This document shows, in pieces, positions 1 to 10,367 of a stretch of 64,000 nt of DNA. The stretch covers positions 160,001-224,000 of the forward strand of contig OY970208.1 in the NCBI GenBank assembly GCA_963713865.1. Reading direction: 5' to 3'. Under the pieces are notes generated by a model. The model ran no database searches. It saw only the letters and a program-made list of their open reading frames with translations, and was not told the DNA's origin. Both the position numbers and the translations under genes were made by a program. The stretch's first letter is position 1, and each line of letters begins with the position of its first letter. Origin of the DNA: an uncultured candidate division Zixibacteria bacterium. Lineage in GTDB: Bacteria; Zixibacteria; MSB-5A5; RBG-16-43-9.

Positions 1-88
1 TTTTATGCACCTCTAAGGCGGCTTCTAATATCTGTTCTTGCAGTTCTTTTAAAGACATCTCCTTCTCTTTTACTGTTAAGCTGTTCAT
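1..88 (-). CDS. Partial 5' end of a probable GxxExxY-family protein (runs off window start)
   Basis: Manual translation MNSLTVKEKEMSLKELQEQILEAALEVHK resembles the usual GxxExxY N-terminus ('I..AA.EVH'); the diagnostic motif itself lies outside the window. Confidence 0.55.
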   Translation of the reverse strand, partial: MNSLTVKEKEMSLKELQEQILEAALEVHK

Positions 89-117
89 TCACTATAATAC
101 TTTACAATTTAAAGAGT

Positions 118-133
118 TGCAATTATTGTGCCA
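118..133 (-). promoter_or_regulatory. Sigma54 (-24/-12) promoter
   Basis: Minus strand TGGCAC-AATAA-TTGCA matches TGGCAC-N5-TTGC, 30 bp upstream of the ATG at 88. Confidence 0.8.
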
Positions 134-161
134 GTATTTCATTTGGAGCTAACTTACTGTA

Positions 162-174
162 AATCAATCAGTTA
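162..174 (+). promoter_or_regulatory. IHF-like binding site
   Basis: AATCAATCAGTTA matches WATCAANNNNTTR; lies between the sigma54 promoter and the putative enhancers. Confidence 0.55.
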
Positions 175-207
175 TAAATTTCCATATATCGTCAATCCTT
201 TCCTGTC

Positions 208-295
208 TGCAACAATATTGTTGCAACTGTCTAATGTATTGACTATAAAAAGGCTATAGTTGTGCAGTTTTAAACTCTGCAACAAAATAGTTACA
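208..295. promoter_or_regulatory. Putative enhancer (UAS) sites for a sigma54 activator
   Basis: Perfect 18-bp palindrome TGCAACAATATTGTTGCA (208-225) and a related copy TGCAACAAAATAGTTACA (278-295). Confidence 0.55.
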
Positions 296-547
296 AAAAA
301 AATGTAATGTTGCAGAAAAATTAAAAATCTATTCTAAGGGAAATCTGGAGTATAAACCTTTAGGTTTATTAGCGTAGAGCTTAAAGAAATGGAGTGTTTC
401 GCTATTGATAGAACTAAAAATGAATTCTCTATATTTCATACATCGAAGATAAAATAGTAAAGCTAAAGTCTTCACCAGGATCCTGCAGACAAGACCTTGA
501 TGGCTTTACACTCCCATATGTCTTTATAGAAAGTTTTTATAAAAAGA

Positions 548-2341
548 TCATTTATACTTTTTTAAAAGTCTTTGCAGTTCTACCCTGTGCATCCCGGCTT
601 CTTTGGCGGCTTGTGAGACATTATTCTGATTTCTCTGGAGTAAATCCTCTAAAAAATTTTTTTCTACTTCCTCTGCTACTTTCTTTCTCAAAGATTTCAG
701 CTCCGGATAATTCTGGGCAATTTTGATCCCGGCATCCATTCCTGAACCATCGAAGATGTTTTTTGGCAAATCATCTTTGGTTATCCATTCGCCCTTGGCT
801 AAGATCACTGCTCGTTCGATGATATTTTCCAGCTCACGAATATTACCCGGAAATCTATATCTTGATAGAATGTTTAGAGTCTCAGGTTCTATCCCTTTGA
901 TCTCTTTGTCAGATTTTTTAGTGAATTTCTGAGCGAAGCTCTCGGCTAAAGGAGCGATATCTAATTTCCTCTCTCTCAAGGCAGGAAGCTTGAGGTTAAT
1001 AACATTAATCCGATAATAAAGATCCTCTCTGAACCTATTTTCTTTGACCAGAGTAAATAAGTCTTTATTGGTAGCTGAAATAATCCTCACATCTGACCTT
1101 TTGACTTTATTGGAACCTAAAGGCTCGAACTCGTGCGACTGGAGGAAGCGTAAAATCTTCACCTGGAGAAGCGGGCTCATCTCTCCGATTTCATCTAAGA
1201 AAATAGTACCTCCATTAGCCGCCTCGAATTTCCCTAACTTTCTCTGGGTAGCACCGGTAAATGCCCCTTTCTCATATCCAAACAACTCCGACTCTAAAAG
1301 GGTTTCCGGAATTGCGGCACAGTTAATCGGCACAAAACTTTTTCGTGAACGGCTGGAGTTGAAATGAATGGCTCGCGCTAAAAGTTCTTTGCCGGTTCCG
1401 CTTTCCCCTTCGATTAACACCGTAGCCTCAGTATCTGCAATGTCTGCTACAGTTTTCAGGACCTCAACCATCTGAGGACTGTTTCCCAGGATCTCATCGA
1501 ACTTGAACTTTCCCCTTAAATCTGCTAATAATTTTTCCTCTGATTCCTTCAGCTCCATAAAAAGAAGATTATTCTCCAAAGCCACTGAGGTCCTCTCCGC
1601 TAAAGAACTCAGAAGCTCGATATCCCCGGAAATAAAAGGCTCCCCCTCCCCGCTATCTTCCAAGTAGATCATCCCCAAGACATTTTCCCTGGATTTAAGC
1701 GGAACGCAAAGAAGAGATTTTGTTCCCTTTGCCCAATCCTCTTTCTCCTCGATTTCTTTATAGATGAACTGCTGGATCAAAACGTTGTTGCCGGTGGAAA
1801 GAACCAGGTCTGTCAAATCAGATTTAATCTTTTCCTCGCTTTCCTCCAGCGCCTTTTTCTGTTTATCTTTAGCCAGCTTTAATTTTAAATTCTTATTCTC
1901 GTCATAAACCTCTAAGAATCCTTTATCAGCTGAGAAGATGTCTATGACCGAATCCAAAACTGCTTCTAAGAGGAGATTAACGTCTCTCTCGGCATAGATT
2001 ACGTTGGAAAGCTCATACAGAATCTGATAAATTCTTCTCTCTTCCTCCTTCCCCTCAGATTCTTTTTTAAATTTCTGATATTCCTGGTTGGTTTTATTCA
2101 GCCCCTCCTCTAAAGAATCCTCTAAAGCCAAAATCCTCTTATCCAGATCATCCAAACCCTGGATAATCTTTTCGAAGGAAGTGGAAAGCTTCGCCGGAGA
2201 GAGGTTTGATAATTCGGACAGGTCATTATGAACTGTATTTAAGCTTCGATAAAGAGCTTTAATCCCTTTGCCGCTTAAATTAGCCAAGGCTTTGAAATTT
2301 TCTTCAAAACTATCTGACCTGGATTCTTCTTTTCTCCTCAC
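548..2341 (-). CDS. Sigma54-dependent transcriptional activator (coiled coil + GAF + AAA+ + Fis HTH)
   Basis: GESGTGKE Walker [30 protein letters not shown]-terminal [13 protein letters not shown]. The track's TTG start at 2377 is the -35 box of a promoter, so GTG at 2341 is the likely start. Confidence 0.92.
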   Translation of the reverse strand: MRRKEESRSDSFEENFKALANLSGKGIKALYRSLNTVHNDLSELSNLSPAKLSTSFEKIIQGLDDLDKRILALEDSLEEGLNKTNQEYQKFKKESEGKEEERRIYQILYELSNVIYAERDVNLLLEAVLDSVIDIFSADKGFLEVYDENKNLKLKLAKDKQKKALEESEEKIKSDLTDLVLSTGNNVLIQQFIYKEIEEKEDWAKGTKSLLCVPLKSRENVLGMIYLEDSGEGEPFISGDIELLSSLAERTSVALENNLLFMELKESEEKLLADLRGKFKFDEILGNSPQMVEVLKTVADIADTEATVLIEGESGTGKELLARAIHFNSSRSRKSFVPINCAAIPETLLESELFGYEKGAFTGATQRKLGKFEAANGGTIFLDEIGEMSPLLQVKILRFLQSHEFEPLGSNKVKRSDVRIISATNKDLFTLVKENRFREDLYYRINVINLKLPALRERKLDIAPLAESFAQKFTKKSDKEIKGIEPETLNILSRYRFPGNIRELENIIERAVILAKGEWITKDDLPKNIFDGSGMDAGIKIAQNYPELKSLRKKVAEEVEKNFLEDLLQRNQNNVSQAAKEAGMHRVELQRLLKKYK

Positions 2342-2348
2342 GTTTGCA

Positions 2349-2377
2349 ATATTATCTTCAAGTATAATTATTGTCAA
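2349..2377 (-). promoter_or_regulatory. Sigma70-type promoter
   Basis: TTGACA-17 bp-TAATAT, ending 7 nt before GTG 2341. Confidence 0.65.
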
Positions 2378-2433
2378 CAGAAAAATGTCGTGGGATGATG
2401 GTTAACATGTAAATATCTCTCTTAAAGTAGCAG

Positions 2434-2525
2434 GTCATAGCGAGCGATCCGCCTTTGGTGGAGAGCGAAGCAATCCCTTTAACACATCTGAAACGGATTG
2501 ATTCACCCGCAGAACTCTCAATGAC
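2434..2525. repeat. Degenerate GTCATTGCGAG-type palindromic element
   Basis: GTCATAGCGAG...CGAAGCAATCC...GGATTGATTC...CTCTCAATGAC; same family as 3582-3669. Confidence 0.65.
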
Positions 2526-2655
2526 AGTTTCTATCCCATCTTGGTCAAAGTAGACTTGTGTTGAGGTAACATTTACCTGTTAGTTGATTTTTTCCTCTTT
2601 CCGATTAACGAATCCACGTATCAAATTTAGGCAGTTCAAAACGGGAATTAAGTCA

Positions 2656-3543
2656 ATGCAAAAGGTTTTAATCAACCAGCACAAAAGAGAAGACGTCTTT
2701 AGATGCGGGCATAAGTCCCATTTTAGATTTGAGAAGAACGTCTCGGTCTATCACGTTCTCAAGGAGAAAAAATGTTTTCCTCAGGGATGTATCTATTTTG
2801 AGTGGAAATGCAAATTATTGAATAAAGGAAACGGCTGTCCGAAAAGATTCAAGCATGTGGGCAAAAGCTGCTTTTCCTGTAAGCATTACTTCGAGGAGAA
2901 GCTCTGCTATCAGCCGGAGGTTTTGCTTCCGGAAAAGGAGTTCAAGACCTTCCAGCGGGAGTTAGAGGACTATGATGAATGGTTAGACGGGCTTTCCGGG
3001 AAAAAGGTAAACGTTGGTGGGATAATAAACTCGATCAAACCTCATTTCAGAAAAATAATTTTGTATAAAAAAGAACAGATGAGTTTCCTGGGATTTTTAA
3101 TCAGTTTCAAATCAGGATATATAGATCGGGTTTTCTTCCGGGATTATTTCTATCTGAACATTCCCGCAAAGACTCAGGAGAATTATAATTTCATTCGCGG
3201 AGATAAAATGGATTTCTGGGCAAAATTAAAAACGGATCGAGGCAGGACTGTTTTTTATAATCCCAGAGAAATTGAGATCATCCATGGAAGTTCTGAAGAG
3301 TCTTTTTCAGAAGCTCCAAAATGGGATTTCGGTGAAATCTTAGTAGCCAGAAAAACCGGAACCGAGTTCGAGGTTCAGCCGGAAAAATGTTTTGCTTGTG
3401 ATAAGGGGATTTTGCTGGACATAAGCGAGGAGGATTCAAAGCGGAAAAGAAACTATCGCCACCTTTTCTGCCTTGAAGGGATAAAAAATCCTGAGAACTG
3501 CATCTATGATTTGAGAAAGAAGTTGACCCTGAACCCGAGTTGA
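2656..3543 (+). CDS. Hypothetical Cys/His-rich protein (probable metal-binding)
   Basis: Long ORF with CGHKSH, C-x4-C, CFSC and CFAC clusters; ATG 2656 preferred over TTG 2584. Confidence 0.75.
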   Translation: MQKVLINQHKREDVFRCGHKSHFRFEKNVSVYHVLKEKKCFPQGCIYFEWKCKLLNKGNGCPKRFKHVGKSCFSCKHYFEEKLCYQPEVLLPEKEFKTFQRELEDYDEWLDGLSGKKVNVGGIINSIKPHFRKIILYKKEQMSFLGFLISFKSGYIDRVFFRDYFYLNIPAKTQENYNFIRGDKMDFWAKLKTDRGRTVFYNPREIEIIHGSSEESFSEAPKWDFGEILVARKTGTEFEVQPEKCFACDKGILLDISEEDSKRKRNYRHLFCLEGIKNPENCIYDLRKKLTLNPS

Positions 3544-3581
3544 CGGGAATTTGGGTTTAACGAGTTAAATCAGATTAATTT

Positions 3582-3669
3582 GTCATTGCGAGTTCCGATT
3601 TATCGGAACGAAGCAATCCGCTTACTCTGAAGGGATTGCTTCGTCGTCCCATGGACTCCTCGCAATGAC
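3582..3669. repeat. GTCATTGCGAG...CTCGCAATGAC palindromic element (RPE-like)
   Basis: Terminal inverted repeat GTCATTGCGAG/CTCGCAATGAC plus inner CGAAGCAATCC/GGATTGCTTCG. Confidence 0.8.
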
Positions 3670-3738
3670 AGCCAGGGCACATTATTCCCACTCCTACAGA
3701 TCCAAATTCAAACTTGCCCAAAGGTTAGACAATCATTC

Positions 3739-3982
3739 GTAGCGCGACCCTTTTGGGGTCGCTCAACATATGGACAGAACATCGTTCTTTCCGTTTAGAT
3801 ACACCTACTGGAGCGCATTAGCTTGTCGAATTTGATCTTGAGACTGATGCATCCTCATAAAAAAATGCAAGAGCAAGCTCTTGCACTCCAGGTCAGTGCC
3901 GACCCTTTCAGGAATGTGAAAATGTAGCGTCTGGGTTTATCCCAAACGTAATATTATCGTCGGGCATAAAGCCCGACGCTAC
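3739..3982. repeat. Cluster of GTAG/GGAG REP-like palindromes
   Basis: GTAGCGCGACCCTTTTGGGGTCGC, GCAAGAGCAAGCTCTTGCACTCC, GTAGCGTCTGGG...GCCCGACGCTAC. Confidence 0.75.
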
Positions 3983-4080
3983 TCATAATTCAGCATTTAA
4001 TTATTGACTTTTAGACCATATAAATTAAATTTCTTCTTGGAATCTTTCTGTTATGTTCAATAACCTCTTCAGGAGTTTTA

Positions 4081-4767
4081 ATGACTCTCAAGGTTTCAAA
4101 AATAACAATTATTTTATTTTCCATCCTGCTGATCTTTTTCAACCTAAGTATCTCTGAAATCGAAAAAGACCCAGATGCCTTTACCATCGCTCGTTTGAAA
4201 TACGGAGGGGGTGGAGACTGGTACTGGGGTTCTTCTGCCATCCCCAATATGCTCAAGTTTTTAAAAGATAATACCAATGTCCCGGTAAACGAAGAAGAAG
4301 TCAGGGTAAACATAATGGACAAGGAGCTTTTCAATTATCCTTTTTTATTTCTAACCGGGCACGGCAACATAAAATTCTCAGATGAAGAAGTAGAAAGGTT
4401 AAGGAATTATTTTATTCACGGAGGATTCTTATTCGCCAATGATTCCTATGGGCTGGACAAAGCCTTCAGAAGAGAGATAAAAAAAGTCTTCCCGGAAAAA
4501 GAATTAATTGAGTTACCGTTTAGTCACGGGATTTATCATTGTTATTACGATTTCCCCAGCGGTCTCCCCAAAATCCACAAACACGATAATAAGCCTCCAC
4601 AGGGATTCGGGATAATTTACGAAAACAGGTTAGTGGTCTTCTATGTCTATGAATCAGACATCGGAGACGGCTGGGAAGACCCCCAGGTCCACAACGACCC
4701 CCCGGAGAAAAGAGAACAGGCATTGAAAATGGGAGTGAATATTATTACCTGGGTGTTGGAGAATTGA
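4081..4767 (+). CDS. DUF4159 family protein
   Basis: Signal-like N-terminus; ARLKYGGGGDWY, YPFLFLTGHG, GGFLFAND, DIGDGWED, ALKMGVNI. Confidence 0.88.
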   Translation: MTLKVSKITIILFSILLIFFNLSISEIEKDPDAFTIARLKYGGGGDWYWGSSAIPNMLKFLKDNTNVPVNEEEVRVNIMDKELFNYPFLFLTGHGNIKFSDEEVERLRNYFIHGGFLFANDSYGLDKAFRREIKKVFPEKELIELPFSHGIYHCYYDFPSGLPKIHKHDNKPPQGFGIIYENRLVVFYVYESDIGDGWEDPQVHNDPPEKREQALKMGVNIITWVLEN

Positions 4768-4810
4768 AATAGTTTGATGAGATTGTACTAAATAAAGAGG
4801 AGTATTAGAA

Positions 4811-6673
4811 ATGGTTGAAGAACAAAAAGGAATATCCTCAGAAGTAGTTTTCTTTCTGGGTGCCGGAGCCTCAGTACATGCAGGTGTCCCGCACACATTT
4901 GCCTTCGTGGAACAATTCAAGAATTCTCCTTTGTTAGATGAAAATGATAAGAAGACGATAGAGTTTATCGAAACTAGACTTCTCCAATGGAAAAAAGAAA
5001 GAGAAGAATATCCAAGAATCGACATTGAATTATTAATGGAGACTTTGGACAAGTTTACCAGAAAAGATGATGAGGCTCTGTTGCAGTTCTATGAAATCAA
5101 AAAGTTCTTATTAGAAGATTACCAGTCAAAAATATCTACTCTCTTAGACAAGATAAAAACTTTTGTAAAACAAAAAACGATAGTGCCTGAGGAAAAAATA
5201 AAATATCTTGAGCCTTTTCTTGGTTTCATTGAAGAATATCATCCGTTGGACATTTTCTCGGTAAACTACGATATCTGTATTGAACAGTTTTGTAATCTGT
5301 ATAAAAAAAGTTATAGAGATGGATTTGAGGTAGAGTGGAATCCAAGTGTTTTTACAGCCTCAAATATCGATATTCGCCTTTATAAACTACACGGTTCTAT
5401 TACCTGGTATAAGACAAGTAGTGGTGGTTTTTTGAAATCAATTATCAAAAGTGACAACGAGGAAATAGAGACATTAATGGGCCAGAAAGCTCAGTCTTTG
5501 ATGCTTTACCCTATGCGTAAATGGGAATATGCTGAGCCGCTATTAGAAAACTTACTGACGTTGAAAAATAAGCTACAATCAGAAAGCTGCAAATATGTTA
5601 TTGTGGTCGGTTATTCTTTTAGAGACGAATATATTAGAGATATCTTTTGGGATGCAGCAAGAAGGAACAAAGAGTTAATTTTAATTCTTGTGGATCCAAA
5701 TGCCTTTCAGATTTATTCGGATAAACTTGAATACTATCCTGATAAGATCCCTTCCTCATTAAAAGGAAAAGTCATACCTCTTCCATTTAAATTTGAGTTG
5801 GCATTTCCGGACCTAAAAGCAGAATATCTAACTAATTTGAAAAAGGGGGTCAATTATTTAAAACAAGCTAAGACGAAGGAATTGCTTGGCGAGGTACTAC
5901 CAAATTGGGTTGATTGTCTTCAACCATTAGCAAATTGTCAATATTTAGACAAGTTAGATGAGTTAATTAATGACAAGATAGGTTTTGTAAAAGTATCGAA
6001 GGAGACCGATGGCATTATCCATAGATTGACCGATGTACAGCTATTCAATTACGGAATCAAAGACAATATTTTGTTGAATCAAGAAATACATTTTAGACGC
6101 GCTCTTGCTCTTTACATCAACGATAGAAAAGAAGAGGGCTATCAGGCCTTTCTGTATCTGGCTGCTAATGTTTACTTGATTCTTTATATGAAACTATCGG
6201 TCGAGGTTATGCGTAACCGAATTGATCTAAGACCGAATACAAGTACTAACGGGGGTTATCATCCTGCTAAAAACTTATATGAGTTGTACTCCAATTTCAT
6301 CATCTACGAATTTTCATCTGACTCTAACCTCTTTCCAAAAGGCGAAACAGCGGATAAGTTCTTCAGAATGAAAAAGTATCTCCCCTTATATGAAAAGATA
6401 AGTAACTTGATGGACTTCGTGACTCAAATAAGCTATTATCTATCAAATTGGAGAGATAATGCAGTAGATTTTGTTAAATATATTGAACTGCGGAAAGACA
6501 AGAATCCTGAAGAAGCTGAAAAGATAGCACGTCTTTATCCTCAAGTTGCAAATGTATTTGAGCAGCAAAATCCTGAACACACTGTAATAACTCAGATGAA
6601 AGATTCAGTGTTGAAGATTGAAAGAAAAATCATCAAGGATATTCTTGAAAAATTTGTACCTAAGTTCGACTGA
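4811..6673 (+). CDS. SIR2-like (SIR2_2) protein with long unrecognised C-terminal region; candidate NADase defence protein
   Basis: FFLGAGAS, SVNYD, YKLHGS, VVGYSFRDEYI; AT-richer than neighbours by eye; GAGGAG SD. Confidence 0.85.
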   Translation: MVEEQKGISSEVVFFLGAGASVHAGVPHTFAFVEQFKNSPLLDENDKKTIEFIETRLLQWKKEREEYPRIDIELLMETLDKFTRKDDEALLQFYEIKKFLLEDYQSKISTLLDKIKTFVKQKTIVPEEKIKYLEPFLGFIEEYHPLDIFSVNYDICIEQFCNLYKKSYRDGFEVEWNPSVFTASNIDIRLYKLHGSITWYKTSSGGFLKSIIKSDNEEIETLMGQKAQSLMLYPMRKWEYAEPLLENLLTLKNKLQSESCKYVIVVGYSFRDEYIRDIFWDAARRNKELILILVDPNAFQIYSDKLEYYPDKIPSSLKGKVIPLPFKFELAFPDLKAEYLTNLKKGVNYLKQAKTKELLGEVLPNWVDCLQPLANCQYLDKLDELINDKIGFVKVSKETDGIIHRLTDVQLFNYGIKDNILLNQEIHFRRALALYINDRKEEGYQAFLYLAANVYLILYMKLSVEVMRNRIDLRPNTSTNGGYHPAKNLYELYSNFIIYEFSSDSNLFPKGETADKFFRMKKYLPLYEKISNLMDFVTQISYYLSNWRDNAVDFVKYIELRKDKNPEEAEKIARLYPQVANVFEQQNPEHTVITQMKDSVLKIERKIIKDILEKFVPKFD

Positions 6674-6848
6674 CGATACATAGAACGGTGTATAAGAATT
6701 CCCGCTTTTGAGGTGTAGGCTGGACTTAATAATTTGAAAATTTAGGTTAGTTTGATTACGTATTAATAGTAGTTGGTATTTTTGCGTCAAGAGGAAAGTC
6801 ACCCTCTCCTTAATCCTCTCCCGTAAAGGGAGAGGGAATAAAAAAAAG

Positions 6849-9800
6849 ATGAAATCCTCAAGTTACTTCAATCTCATCACCCGCCTCAACTCTTTGAGGT
6901 CATATTACACCCGGACGAGGCTGTTTTATGGTTTTCTGATCATTTTATCTGTCATTTTCGTTTATCTTTTGTTCAGCTTCATCTTATCTTATCTGAGCGG
7001 GTTCATCCTTCCGGTTTTTGTCAGGGTAGCTCTTCTGGGAATTTCCCTTTTAGCCTTATCCATTGCTTTCTCATATTATTTCCTCAGGCCTATCTTTTAT
7101 AAGCCAACCTTAGAGGATTTAGCCGTAAAAATCGAGACTCAGTTCCCTGAGCTAAAGGATAGGCTAATCGGCGCCTTGCAGCTTTACCGGAATTTAGAGA
7201 GAAATCCTGAAGGTTATTCTGTCCAGATGATCGAGGCGATAATCGAACAGGCGGATACTGTTTCCAGGGAGATGAATTTCAAATCAGTGGTCGATAAGAG
7301 CCCTCTGCGCAAGACCTTACAGGTAAGCTCTGCTCTATTGGGGTTGGTTTTAGTCTTTATGCTTCTTTCCCCTGGCAACTTCAACCGCTCTTTTTACCTT
7401 TTCTCCCATCCTTTAACCTCTGTGCAAGCACCTCAGAGATTTTTCTTCTCAATTTCCCCGGGTAATGCCGAAGTGGTGAAATATTCAGATATGAAAATCG
7501 GAATTACAGCAGAAGGGCAAAAACCTTCCAAGATTAGTTTTTACTGGAGAGATGGGGAGGGTGCGTGGAATGAGGAGAGGTTGGAAAAAGTGGATTGGAG
7601 CGGAGCAAAGGGTCAACTCCAGGATTCTGCCGGGGCAAGTAAAGAATATGATTTCGAATATCTTTTCAAACAGGTAAAAAGAGACATAGATTATTATGCT
7701 CAAGCAGAAGGGATAAAAAGCGAACAATACAAGCTGAAAGTCACGGATAAACCCAGAATAATCAATCTAAAGCTTATTTTGAACTATCCCAAATACACCC
7801 AGTTGAAACCTCTGGTCCTTGACCAGAACGATGGAACCATAGAGGCATTCGTCGGGACAAAAGTTAAAATCGAGGCAACTGCCAATAAGGACCTTGCCAG
7901 AGGTGAGTTAATCTTTTCGGATTCGACCAGAGCAAAGTTGGAGGTCGAAGGGAAAAAAGCTGTTGGCGAAATCATAATAAGAAAGGACAACTCCTATCAC
8001 ATTGAGGTTGAAGATAAATCCGGAAACAAAAATCCAGACCCGATCGAATATAAGATAACCAAAAAAGATGATCAGATTCCAGAAGTTGAAATAATCCAGC
8101 CCGGTATGGACTGCGATTTAACCGAGAATATGCAGTTACCTTTACTGGTCAAAGGCTCGGACGATTTCGGATTCACTAATTTGAAACTGGTCTATCAGAT
8201 TGTTTCACCCGGAGACGGATCCGCAGAAAAAGAATTAAAAAGCCTGAAACTCCCATTTGAGGAGAAACTCGAAGGCAAGCTTCAGTCCGATTATCTCTGG
8301 GACCTGTCTGATATAGGTCTTATGCCTGGAGACATAGTTAGATACCGGGTCGAAATCTATGACAATGATAACTTCTCCGGACCTAAAAAAGGGGTAAGCT
8401 CAACCTATAATCTCCGTCACCCGAGCCTGGAGGAGATCGCAGGAGAGATGGACGAGCAAAGAGAAAACCAACTGTCTGATCTCGAAAAAAATCTGGTTGA
8501 ACAAAAGGAGCTGAAAAAAAAATTAGAGGAGCTCTCTAAAGACCTTTTTATGCAGAGCCAATCCCCTGAGGGAAAATCATCCCAGTTAAGCTGGGAGAAA
8601 AAAAAGGAGATGGAAGCTCTTTTAGAAAAGCAGAAAAACCTGGCGGAGAATCTCAAGAAATTAGGAGAAGACGTTGGAAAAACGTGTTCTAAAGTCGAGG
8701 AAAATCGCTTAGCCTCCTTAGAGCTTTTAGAGAGGATGGCTGAGCTGAGGAAACTTTTCGATGAAGTTGCACCACAAGAGCTCAAGGAGGCAATGAAAAA
8801 ATTGCAAGAGGCTTTAGAATCTTTAGACCAGGAAAAGATCAAAGAGGCGCTCCAGAACCTGAATTTAACCACTGAGGAGCTTATCAAAAGGCTGGACCGA
8901 ACCATAGCTTTGCTTAAAAGGATGAGAATAGAGCAGAAGATGGAGAGTCTGGTAAAAATGGTAGAGAGCTTGACCCAGATGCAGAAGGATATAAACAAAG
9001 AAATAGAAAAATCCAAACCAGAAGAGTTAAGTTCCCTCAAAAATAAAGAGGAAAATCTACAAGATAGAACTGAAGTCTTAGAAGAGAACTTAAAAGAGTT
9101 AAATAATCTAATGAAGGAAACTCCTCTCCTTTCTCCAGAGGATATGGAAAAACTTTTGAACTCGGTGCAGAACTCCGGGGTAAAAAATGATATGCAGAAT
9201 ACCAGCCAGAACCTGCAGCAGGGTAAGAAAAAAGAGAGTCTTGAATCTGGAGGGCAGTGTGCCGGTAAATTAAATGACCTTAGCCAGGATTTTAAATCCG
9301 CTCTGGAGAAGATGAGACAAGGGGATAAAGAAAAAATCTTAACGGAGATGCGAAAATCTTTACAAGACCTTCTTTACCTTTCCAACTCACAGGAAACCCT
9401 GTTTGAACAAACGAAAAATTTTCAACCCAGAGAAACCGGTTTGAGACAATTAGCCACGGAGGAGCAAAAATTGGTCGAGGGCCTAAACCAGGTGGAAAAA
9501 GATTTAAAGGACCTTTCTCTTAAAACCTATTATCTAAATCCAGATTTAGGAAATAAATTAGCTTTAGCTTATGTTAATATGCTACAGTCCATTGACAGGT
9601 TAGAAGAGATGGATGGAAACAGATCCTCGGTTTTTCAATTTGAATCACTCTTTAATCTTAACGAGTCTGCCAAATCTCTTTTAGAAGGGATGGAGAATGT
9701 CGAGAAATCCTGTTCTAACTCAGGAGAGGATGTTTTTCAACAGCTCCAGAGTTTCTGCCAGAAACAGGGAGGGATAAATAGCCAAACCTTTGACCTTTCA

Positions 9801-10265
9801 GGACTGGGTCAATATACTATGGAACAACAGGCTGGTTTAGCCCGGTTAGCTGCAGAGCAGGAAGCTTTAAAGAAGGGCTTAGAACAACTTAATCGGGAGT
9901 TAGGAAACCGTTCCCAGATTCTGGGTAGTTTAGAAGATATTGCTAAGGAGATGGAAAAAGTGGTATCTGATTTAGAGAAGCTAAATGTAGACCGGAATAC
10001 CATAGAGAGACAGAAGAAAATCCTCTCCCGGCTTTTAGATTCTGAAAAATCTTTAGTCAAAAGAGACTACTCTGAAAAAAGAAAAGCTGAAATTGGTGAA
10101 GAGATAATCAGGAAGAGTCCTTTTCAGTTACCTCTGGATATAGGAGCACTAAATCAGAAGGAGAAAGAAAGGGATCAAAGGCTTTCCACTGAGACCTATC
10201 CCAGAGAATATGAGGAGGCGATCAAAGAGTATTTTAAAGCTTTATCCGAACAGGAGAGGAAATAA
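6849..10265 (+). CDS. DUF4175-like large membrane-anchored coiled-coil protein
   Basis: Three N-terminal TM helices, DRLIGALQL, Ig-like middle, DDFG, long coiled coil, RILSRLLD-like motif, YPREYEEAIKEYF end. Confidence 0.82.
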   Translation: MKSSSYFNLITRLNSLRSYYTRTRLFYGFLIILSVIFVYLLFSFILSYLSGFILPVFVRVALLGISLLALSIAFSYYFLRPIFYKPTLEDLAVKIETQFPELKDRLIGALQLYRNLERNPEGYSVQMIEAIIEQADTVSREMNFKSVVDKSPLRKTLQVSSALLGLVLVFMLLSPGNFNRSFYLFSHPLTSVQAPQRFFFSISPGNAEVVKYSDMKIGITAEGQKPSKISFYWRDGEGAWNEERLEKVDWSGAKGQLQDSAGASKEYDFEYLFKQVKRDIDYYAQAEGIKSEQYKLKVTDKPRIINLKLILNYPKYTQLKPLVLDQNDGTIEAFVGTKVKIEATANKDLARGELIFSDSTRAKLEVEGKKAVGEIIIRKDNSYHIEVEDKSGNKNPDPIEYKITKKDDQIPEVEIIQPGMDCDLTENMQLPLLVKGSDDFGFTNLKLVYQIVSPGDGSAEKELKSLKLPFEEKLEGKLQSDYLWDLSDIGLMPGDIVRYRVEIYDNDNFSGPKKGVSSTYNLRHPSLEEIAGEMDEQRENQLSDLEKNLVEQKELKKKLEELSKDLFMQSQSPEGKSSQLSWEKKKEMEALLEKQKNLAENLKKLGEDVGKTCSKVEENRLASLELLERMAELRKLFDEVAPQELKEAMKKLQEALESLDQEKIKEALQNLNLTTEELIKRLDRTIALLKRMRIEQKMESLVKMVESLTQMQKDINKEIEKSKPEELSSLKNKEENLQDRTEVLEENLKELNNLMKETPLLSPEDMEKLLNSVQNSGVKNDMQNTSQNLQQGKKKESLESGGQCAGKLNDLSQDFKSALEKMRQGDKEKILTEMRKSLQDLLYLSNSQETLFEQTKNFQPRETGLRQLATEEQKLVEGLNQVEKDLKDLSLKTYYLNPDLGNKLALAYVNMLQSIDRLEEMDGNRSSVFQFESLFNLNESAKSLLEGMENVEKSCSNSGEDVFQQLQSFCQKQGGINSQTFDLSGLGQYTMEQQAGLARLAAEQEALKKGLEQLNRELGNRSQILGSLEDIAKEMEKVVSDLEKLNVDRNTIERQKKILSRLLDSEKSLVKRDYSEKRKAEIGEEIIRKSPFQLPLDIGALNQKEKERDQRLSTETYPREYEEAIKEYFKALSEQERK

Positions 10266-10367
10266 TACGAAAGTCAAATTTGTAGGGGAATTCCTCCGCC
10301 TTTGACGGAGTTTTGATGACAATTCCCGCACAAACGATTAGATAAACGAATTTTCTATCTATAGTAT

